This document shows, one piece after another, positions 57,153 through 64,000 of a stretch of 64,000 bases of DNA. The stretch's first letter is position 1. The number at the start of each line of letters is the position of its first letter. This DNA is from a virus: positions 26,869 to 90,868 of the IMG/VR virus record IMGVR_UViG_3300024348_000017. The stretch is one strand, 5' to 3'. Under the pieces are notes generated by a model. The model saw only the letters and a list, made by a program, of their open reading frames with translations, was not told the DNA's origin and ran no database searches. The position numbers and the translations under genes were made by a program.

Positions 57153-57350
57153 TTATTCTGTTTCTTCGTTATTTAATTCTTCTAATTCTGCTTTAGTTAC
57201 TTCTATCCAATTTTTATCATTATCAATGATTTCGTATACTTCATTCATGATAGTTTCTAATTCTTTAGATAATGTTTCAATATTAGCGTCAGGTACAGTT
57301 ATTTGTTCCTGGAGTTGTTTTGCTTTGTCTAATAATTCTATTAAATTCAT
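57153..57350 (-). CDS. hypothetical acidic protein
   Basis: 65-aa ORF. Confidence 0.5.
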   Translation of the reverse strand: MNLIELLDKAKQLQEQITVPDANIETLSKELETIMNEVYEIIDNDKNWIEVTKAELEELNNEETE

Positions 57351-57544
57351 TATTCTTTATTTGGATTAAATTTAAGTAATTTCTCTGACACAACCACCCT
57401 TCCCTTAGTATGTTTTGGAGAGTAAGGACAGTGCCTACACCCATTACCACAGCACTGGCCGCGTTTAATGTGTGCGAGCGCAGTGAAAATCACGCGCTCG
57501 CCTTCTATATAATAATCTATATTATTTATAAGATCTTTACTCAT
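57350..57544 (-). CDS. DUF5522-like Cys-rich protein
   Basis: DYYIE...RGQCCGNGCRHCPY. Confidence 0.75.
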   Translation of the reverse strand: MSKDLINNIDYYIEGERVIFTALAHIKRGQCCGNGCRHCPYSPKHTKGRVVVSEKLLKFNPNKE

Positions 57545-57545
57545 A

Positions 57546-59396
57546 TCATACTATTTCACAAGCACCACCAGCGCAAGCCGCTTGGTCCATTAGTGCTGTA
57601 TCATCTGTAAACTCTACAATTTTACTTAAGTCAATATTATGTAAATGTTGAACCATTTCATCGAACTGTTCTTTAGTAATATCTTCAAATGGAGCTTGAG
57701 TATAACTACCTCCAAAGAATGGTAATACTGATAATCCGTTGAATGTATCTCTATTAGTCCACATCCATTGTCCTACTTGTTCCCATTCATTTTCATTAAT
57801 AGGTACTGTAGCGGAAACGTTATTTGTGTTAGCACCTTTTCTATGTCCTTTTTTAACCCATTGTGTGTTGAATTTCTTAACACGTTCAAGCATATCCATT
57901 ACATTCTCTGTTCTTAAGATAGAACCTGGAGGTGCTTGTTGTGGTACTGAAATTACAGCTTGAATTGTTGGTTTAAAGAAATCATCTTCTACTAATTCAG
58001 GATGATTAATAGCTAAGTAGTTATAAATAGCCTCGTTCTTACCTACACGGATACGTCTAATATAGTAATCATTATGCCAAGCGTGAATACCTGATGCAGT
58101 TCCTAATACTAATGATGTTGTTCCCGATGGTTTAACTGTAGTTACACGAGCGGCTTTATTAACTCCAATAATCTCAGCGATACGAGCATTTTCTGTTTTA
58201 GCTAAATCAGCTGCTTTCTTTAAATCGTAATTTAAAATAACACCTGATCCAATACCTGTCATTCCAACACCTAATAAGGCATCTTTTTCAGTTGTTTTCT
58301 GCCATATGTCTCTTAAGTAATGAAAATCAGTATATGCTGCTTGTAATGTTCCAATGAATGCTCCTATTCTAACACGTTCATTTAAGTCTTCTTGTGATTC
58401 GATGTTTGATACATTTACCTCACATAAGTTACAGAATTGGAATGGTCTTAAAGCAATTTCACAGCATGGGTTTGTTCCCCATTCTTTATCGTTGCTAAAG
58501 TAGATACCTGGTTCTCCAGATCCACTTAATTCAATTTTCTTCCATAATTTAAGAAATTCCTCTTCATCAATTTTGTGACGTATTACTACAGCACTGTTGT
58601 TAGCACGACCACGTTGTGGGTTTTCTTCCCACCAAGCACCAAATTTACATGTTAACATTTCTTCATCATCTAAATTGAATAATGAAATTAATGCTGCTCT
58701 TCTAATACCACCACTTAATACTGCATCAGCAATATGGCAAGCCATATCATGAGCATCTAGTGATGTTAATTTGTCACCATTCTTTTTACGTTCAAATACT
58801 TTTTGTAAGTTAAATAAACATTCTTTCAATGGTTCTGGGCCTGGTGCTTTACCACCAACCGTGATCAGTTGAGCACCTTTAGCTCTAATATCTCTATAAT
58901 CGAATAAAGGCAACGGAGCACCTGTGAAATACGCTTTACAAAGCATTCTTACCGCATCCGCCCATCCTTCGATACTGTCGCCTATTAAATACCTTTTGTG
59001 TTTAGTTGGCACCTTAATTTCAGGTAGTTCATCAACGTGATGTGTTTGAACTGAATATCCAACTCCACAACCACTCAACAATAAGAACATTATTTCGCTG
59101 AATGCTCTCCAATCATTGATAGGAAGAAAAGAGCAATTAAATATACGAGAATTATTAAGTTCAATGGGTTTGCCTGCAAACTGTAGCGAACGCATTGATG
59201 GTAATACTTTCTTATCGTAGACCAATTTATAAGATTCTTCAATTTCATCTTTTAACTGTGGAAATTTTGCTTGATGCATTTCCTTGTTTCTTGTTACTAA
59301 TTCTTTCCATGTTTCTCTTCTCTTTTTCTCAGGAGAGTACTTAGCATATTTCATGTAAGTAGTTATTTCGCTAAGAATTTCTTGCGTTACGTCCAT
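57546..59396 (-). CDS. nrdJ: class II (adenosylcobalamin-dependent) ribonucleotide reductase
   Basis: FNC, TNPCCEI, TVKPSGT, C-terminal CAGGAC; no beta subunit adjacent. Confidence 0.88.
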   Translation of the reverse strand: MDVTQEILSEITTYMKYAKYSPEKKRRETWKELVTRNKEMHQAKFPQLKDEIEESYKLVYDKKVLPSMRSLQFAGKPIELNNSRIFNCSFLPINDWRAFSEIMFLLLSGCGVGYSVQTHHVDELPEIKVPTKHKRYLIGDSIEGWADAVRMLCKAYFTGAPLPLFDYRDIRAKGAQLITVGGKAPGPEPLKECLFNLQKVFERKKNGDKLTSLDAHDMACHIADAVLSGGIRRAALISLFNLDDEEMLTCKFGAWWEENPQRGRANNSAVVIRHKIDEEEFLKLWKKIELSGSGEPGIYFSNDKEWGTNPCCEIALRPFQFCNLCEVNVSNIESQEDLNERVRIGAFIGTLQAAYTDFHYLRDIWQKTTEKDALLGVGMTGIGSGVILNYDLKKAADLAKTENARIAEIIGVNKAARVTTVKPSGTTSLVLGTASGIHAWHNDYYIRRIRVGKNEAIYNYLAINHPELVEDDFFKPTIQAVISVPQQAPPGSILRTENVMDMLERVKKFNTQWVKKGHRKGANTNNVSATVPINENEWEQVGQWMWTNRDTFNGLSVLPFFGGSYTQAPFEDITKEQFDEMVQHLHNIDLSKIVEFTDDTALMDQAACAGGACEIV

Positions 59397-59409
59397 TTTA
59401 AAGTGGTTT

Positions 59410-59670
59410 TTAAATAAGTGATTTGATTGTGTTTACATAAGTTGATTTTGGATTTAATCCAACGTAACGTTGAATAGTTTGGCCGTCCTTTTCAATTATT
59501 ACTGTTGGGACTGAAGTGACCATATACTTTTGTGTTTCTTCGGGGGAGTTGTCTACATCAATTGTTTCAAATGAAACATTTGTGTACTCTGACTGTAATT
59601 GTCCGAAAAGAGGAGACAATTGCTTACACGGACCGCACCAAGCAGCCGTGAACCTTTTAACCTTTACCAT
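59410..59670 (-). CDS. trxA: thioredoxin
   Basis: WCGPC, SVPT. Confidence 0.95.
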   Translation of the reverse strand: MVKVKRFTAAWCGPCKQLSPLFGQLQSEYTNVSFETIDVDNSPEETQKYMVTSVPTVIIEKDGQTIQRYVGLNPKSTYVNTIKSLI

Positions 59671-59708
59671 AATTTTTATTGTTGTAGTTATAAATATAGT
59701 ATATACTA

Positions 59709-61088
59709 TTAGCCTTTGTTAAGTTCGAAAAACTTCTGTTGAAGATAGTCTCTATCATCATTGTTTACATTACTATAAGCATTTACTGGTTTTGAGTCTC
59801 CATCTTCATCATCATCTAATGGTGTTTCGTATATATCTATTTTTCCGTTTGACGTATCTATTTTGGAACCGAATGTTAATCCATCTGCTCCATATCTGTT
59901 TTTCATAAAGTGCCAGCGTCCTGTTCCATTTACTTTATCTTTCTTTTGTCTAGATAAGGATATAATTATATCTCCAATCATTATCTTTTCATAAGAACCG
60001 GCTGCATTATCTCCTTCAATAATACTGCTTTTAGCAGCGCCTCTATTTGCTTGTGAAGGTGATAAAATAGGTATTCCTAATTCTTTAGCTAATGCTTTAG
60101 CTCCAACATACACATCATCAATTTCCTCTTTACGCTCTCCACTTTTATTACGAGTAGAACTTTTAACATAATCCAAATAATCAATAATAATTAAATCTGG
60201 TTTAAAATCATGTTGAAATTCTAATTGTTGTAAATGAGCATTAATTGTATCGAATGATGCTCGTTTTGGAGGATATTCTTTAATTACAACCTTACCTTTC
60301 ACTTTAGCTACTGTTTCTTCTACTTTAGATCTATGTTTATCTAACTGATCAACAGGTATTCCTGTAAACACAGCATCATATCTTTTACCTACATAACCTT
60401 CAGCTAATTCTAATGAATAGTGTACTACATTAAAGCCCATAGCAGCGGCGTATGCTCCAATATCAATTGCAGCCCATGTTTTACCACCACCTGGATTACC
60501 AAATACTAATACTAAATCGCCTTTACCCATTCCACCTTGTGTTAATGAATTAAATACGGGCCATGGAAATGGTATTGGATTTCTATCGTCTTCTCTATAT
60601 CTTGATTCTACGTCTTTGTCATATTCATGACCTATATTCTTATCTTCACCTGCTTTTAAAGCACCATTGATAAGTGATCTGATGCCATCATAATCTCCCA
60701 TGTTGAGTAAATCGACTGATGTCATAATCGCCTTTTTCATTTGTTGGTTTTTACAGAAATCTGTGAATTCTGTTTCTACCCATTCTAAATCACTTGCTTG
60801 TGATTCTTTATATGCCTCTCTTAATCCTTCAGTAATAGCTATTTTTAGAACATCATTATCAATCTTTTTTACTTCAGTTGATAATACCTCCATTGTAGGA
60901 ACTGTATGGTACTTGGAGAAATATTGTTGTACCTCTTTTATAATCCATTGGTTGGCCTGATTCTCAAAGTATTCCTTTTCAAGCGAATCGGATACATTAA
61001 CTAAGAAATTCTTCTGTGTTAATAATGCTCCAATTACTTTGGTTTGGAAACCCGGGCCGTACTGGTTTAATTTGCTTAATGTTGTCAT
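59709..61088 (-). CDS. DnaB-like replicative helicase (T4 gp41-like)
   Basis: GGGKT, SLE, IIDY, SQANR, KNRYG. Confidence 0.93.
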   Translation of the reverse strand: MTTLSKLNQYGPGFQTKVIGALLTQKNFLVNVSDSLEKEYFENQANQWIIKEVQQYFSKYHTVPTMEVLSTEVKKIDNDVLKIAITEGLREAYKESQASDLEWVETEFTDFCKNQQMKKAIMTSVDLLNMGDYDGIRSLINGALKAGEDKNIGHEYDKDVESRYREDDRNPIPFPWPVFNSLTQGGMGKGDLVLVFGNPGGGKTWAAIDIGAYAAAMGFNVVHYSLELAEGYVGKRYDAVFTGIPVDQLDKHRSKVEETVAKVKGKVVIKEYPPKRASFDTINAHLQQLEFQHDFKPDLIIIDYLDYVKSSTRNKSGERKEEIDDVYVGAKALAKELGIPILSPSQANRGAAKSSIIEGDNAAGSYEKIMIGDIIISLSRQKKDKVNGTGRWHFMKNRYGADGLTFGSKIDTSNGKIDIYETPLDDDEDGDSKPVNAYSNVNNDDRDYLQQKFFELNKG

Positions 61089-61104
61089 AACTTATTTTAT
61101 AAAT

Positions 61105-62130
61105 TTAATTTAGAGAATTTAGATAACCAAATGTTTCTTGTAACCAATTATCTACATTCGGAATTGATTCCCCCAATCTATCATTTACATATATTTGGTG
61201 AAACAGATACTTATTTAATTCATACGAATTATTAAAAGCGTCTTTTACCACTTGTTTATTCTCTGGTGATAGGAAACTTCCATTCAAAGACATCAATTGA
61301 TGATTAATAGCTAATTGGTGTCGTCTTTCTACAACAGATAAATATAATTTATTTTCATCTATTTGATTAGCAGATTTTTCAATAATTTCATCTAATGTTA
61401 CTGGATTATCTGATGCTAATTCTGGAAATAGTTTATTTAACTTTTTAGGTCCTAAACCTGTAATTCCAGGCACATTATCAGAATTGTCACCTAATAATAT
61501 TTTGTAATTTAGAAAATTATAGCTGCTAACTCCAAATTCCTCTAATACATCCTTTGGTTTATATATTTTCTTTTTAACAGGAGAATATACTTGTACTTTA
61601 GGTGATATTAATTGTAAGAAATCTTTATCAGCAGACATAATTGTTACGCTTGTAGTCTCATTATAAGCTTGAAACTTATTAGCTAAATAACCAATAATGT
61701 CATCTGCTTCTAAACCATCAATACCAATAACAGTAATAGGTAGACATTTAAGATACTGAATTAATCTTGCCATCTGATTGTTTATACTCTCCGTTTCTTC
61801 TTCTTTTGAAGAGAAAATTGAGTAATTTGTCATACGACTAACGTGACGATTTGCTTTATATTCCGGATATAAATTTCTTCTAGCATTCGAACCACCAATC
61901 CCATCAAATATAATTACAACTTTAGTTGGGTTAAGCATTTTAATTGCATAACCTACTGATTTCAAAAATCCAGTTAGGCCACCAATGTGGTGGCCATTTG
62001 GATTTATGTGGTTTATCATAGTAAACGCTCTTAAAAAAGTATTTAAGCCGTCTATTATTAAAATTGAATCTAGAGATGTACGAGTGTCAGGTTGAATACT
62101 TGAAAAAAGTTCAAAGTATTTATTCTGCAT
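61105..62130 (-). CDS. 5'-3' exonuclease / flap endonuclease (T4 RNase H-like)
   Basis: IDG, YKANR, EADD, SADKD, GDNSDNVPG. Confidence 0.93.
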   Translation of the reverse strand: MQNKYFELFSSIQPDTRTSLDSILIIDGLNTFLRAFTMINHINPNGHHIGGLTGFLKSVGYAIKMLNPTKVVIIFDGIGGSNARRNLYPEYKANRHVSRMTNYSIFSSKEEETESINNQMARLIQYLKCLPITVIGIDGLEADDIIGYLANKFQAYNETTSVTIMSADKDFLQLISPKVQVYSPVKKKIYKPKDVLEEFGVSSYNFLNYKILLGDNSDNVPGITGLGPKKLNKLFPELASDNPVTLDEIIEKSANQIDENKLYLSVVERRHQLAINHQLMSLNGSFLSPENKQVVKDAFNNSYELNKYLFHQIYVNDRLGESIPNVDNWLQETFGYLNSLN

Positions 62131-63226
62131 TGTTGTTATCTATTTCTATCATAGGAGATATCTTGCTACTTTCATCCCATTCGCTAGCATCTTCTACAAT
62201 TTGTAATTCATCTACATTGGTCAGTCCTTCAAACCACTGATTAGCGTGTTGTTTCTTATAAGCTTTAATTGCATTATCCTCATCAGGAATAAATCCATGA
62301 GGAGTAGCAACTACAGTTGATGAGGTTGCAACACCACAGTCAGCGTGAATTTTGTCAATTGCTATTTTAGTACGCTTTGCAAATTCAACATTTTTTCCGT
62401 TTTTAACTGCTTTGATTTTAGATGTACCACTATTAGTTACATTACCAAATGTAATAACAAGTGAAGCATCCCAATACATTGCATTACCACCTTTATTTGT
62501 CATTCTTGGTTGAGACATAGGCGTTAAAGCTGGTTGAACACCTGTTTTATTAATTACAAAGAATGTATTTGTGTAAGGGTATTTTTCCTTACGTGATAAC
62601 GGAAATTGTTGGTTGATAAAGTTACCAAACTGAGTAGCCATAGCACCAGCATTCCACATAGGATTGTTGTTACCTTGTTTAACACTCATTTCACACGGAA
62701 TAGAACCTACTGAGTCCCATAAGAATAACAAGTCATAAGGTAATTTACCTTTAGCTTGATCATTTAAAGTATCAGCTATAAAAGCAGAAACATCTTCAAT
62801 TGTATTTAAAGATGATCTATCAACATAAATGAAGAATCCTTTATAGTTAATTACTTCGCCTGTTTCTTCATCAGGAACTGCATCTAATTCTAATCCCATT
62901 GTTTGAGCGTGAGCAAAGTCCCACTTCATCTCAGTAATGATGAATACAGGCAGTATGCCCATTTTCTGGGCATTAACTGCTGTTTCAATCATTAATGTAG
63001 TTTTACCAGTGTCAGAGCCTCCTCTAGCAATAGCAACGTGGCCCATAGGAATACCAGGAATAGATAATGCATCTCGAACTGCAGGAGAGAATGGAATCCA
63101 TTTCTGCTCTTTGAATTTAGTTGTTTCATCCAAGAATTTAGATTTCTTGTATGCATTAATATCAAAGGATTTTTTTAACGATTCAGATACTACTGAAGTT
63201 AGATTTTTTTCTTTGGACGTTGCCAT
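62120..63226 (-). CDS. RecA/UvsX-like recombinase
   Basis: GGSDTGKTT Walker A, WDSVG, KGG. Confidence 0.85.
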   Translation of the reverse strand: MATSKEKNLTSVVSESLKKSFDINAYKKSKFLDETTKFKEQKWIPFSPAVRDALSIPGIPMGHVAIARGGSDTGKTTLMIETAVNAQKMGILPVFIITEMKWDFAHAQTMGLELDAVPDEETGEVINYKGFFIYVDRSSLNTIEDVSAFIADTLNDQAKGKLPYDLLFLWDSVGSIPCEMSVKQGNNNPMWNAGAMATQFGNFINQQFPLSRKEKYPYTNTFFVINKTGVQPALTPMSQPRMTNKGGNAMYWDASLVITFGNVTNSGTSKIKAVKNGKNVEFAKRTKIAIDKIHADCGVATSSTVVATPHGFIPDEDNAIKAYKKQHANQWFEGLTNVDELQIVEDASEWDESSKISPMIEIDNNNAE

Positions 63227-63228
63227 TT

Positions 63229-64000
63229 TTAATCATTGAAGAGTGAATCAAATTTGTCAGATGCCGTTTCTTTTGGTTTTACATCTAAACTGTAAGGTTG
63301 GACAGGTGCGTTTATTTCTTTAATAAAATCATCTTCCTCATCTTCAGTTGATGCTACTGTTGGTGTTGCTTCTGTAGAGGTTTCCTCTTCAGGGCTTAAC
63401 CATTTTTGTAATACATCTTTCAATTGATCGTAAGTGTACTTACGGTTGATTGCTAAGATATCTGGTTGTTCTTCTAGTGCTTTTTCTACTAAAACAGAAT
63501 CATCAGATATTGGAGATGTTTTTGGTTTGATACGTAAAGTACATTTAATACCTTTTCTACCAGCAATAACATCTTCTACAGCTTCAACTGTAAAATCACG
63601 TCCATCAGTAATGTCAGTAAAATCACCATAATCTTCATCGCTAGCGATGCCCATTAATTGGTCATTTACTAATTTACCTACTTCCCATAAACGTACACCT
63701 GTGCTTTCTTCACCGCGAACGATTACTGGAGCGAAATAGCGTGTTTTTGGAGAAATTTTGTTAGCTAAAGTCCAATCATCTTTGTCAGCTGATTTTCTTA
63801 ATCCCTTAGCGAAACCTGTAATTGGATCCTCTTCACCCCAATTAGATAAAGCCAAAATTGGTCCCTTAGAAAATCCATAATGCATTTGGATTTCTCTTAG
63901 CGGCCACTCTTTTCTAAACTTGTTTGGGATAATTCTAATCTGGTATTTACCTGCTTTAGGTTTCCAGAAGATCTTTGTGTAGTCGATTTTTTCACGACCG
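63229..64000 (-). CDS. single-stranded DNA-binding protein (gp32-like), 5'-truncated by window edge
   Basis: frame stays open to the window end (FWKPKAGKYQIRIIP); D..DGRDF, acidic tail ending FDSLFND. Confidence 0.8.
   Translation of the reverse strand, partial: GREKIDYTKIFWKPKAGKYQIRIIPNKFRKEWPLREIQMHYGFSKGPILALSNWGEEDPITGFAKGLRKSADKDDWTLANKISPKTRYFAPVIVRGEESTGVRLWEVGKLVNDQLMGIASDEDYGDFTDITDGRDFTVEAVEDVIAGRKGIKCTLRIKPKTSPISDDSVLVEKALEEQPDILAINRKYTYDQLKDVLQKWLSPEEETSTEATPTVASTEDEEDDFIKEINAPVQPYSLDVKPKETASDKFDSLFND

Noticed and set aside
15617-59697. T4 late promoter TATAAATA on the plus strand
   Set aside because: It points away from all genes; better read as ATATTTAT on the coding strand.
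47292-61088. Inteins or introns in polymerase, RNR or helicase
   Set aside because: Protein lengths and motif spacing are normal and the ORFs are uninterrupted.
168-63631. All plus-strand ORFs in the track
   Set aside because: Short, antisense to well-supported minus-strand genes or within the A-tract region, with no recognisable motifs.
1-64000. Stop-codon reassignment
   Set aside because: Conserved genes are full length in the standard code, TAG and TGA both end genes, and there is no suppressor tRNA.

Overview
This 64-kb AT-rich window looks like part of a large (jumbo-type) dsDNA tailed-phage genome. Essentially all genes are on the minus strand, in the standard genetic code. A Bacteroidota host is inferred from DUF4494, a lipoprotein rich in D-S/T glycosylation sequons, a YALAA-type tmRNA tag, TAnnTT(T/G)A promoter elements and a near absence of Shine-Dalgarno sites. 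In transcription order (right to left) it holds: (1) a T4-like replication block (SSB, RecA/UvsX, 5'-3' exonuclease, DnaB-like helicase, thioredoxin, class II RNR); (2) a 7-deazaguanine pathway (queD, dpdA-like TGT, queC, queE, folE) next to Fe-S assembly genes (iscU, ferredoxin, iscA); (3) dUTPase, family B polymerase, sliding clamp, hsp20/groES/groEL, clamp loaders and a PD-(D/E)XK nuclease; (4) a glycosyltransferase cluster and clpP; (5) an RNA array of five tRNAs, a tmRNA with a 24-aa tag, an aberrant 156-nt tRNA-like RNA and several unexplained helix-closed RNAs; (6) a ~10.7-kb block of mostly exported proteins (two CsgG-like proteins, two cohesin/dockerin-like paralogs, one with PA14, three beta-barrels, two Ig-like lipoproteins); (7) ~16 kb of small early-type genes ending in AT-hook proteins and a phased A-tract region. 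The exported-protein block is the best candidate for an undescribed system: a phage-encoded outer-membrane secretion or surface-display apparatus. All functional calls come from motif recognition by eye; no database searches were run.
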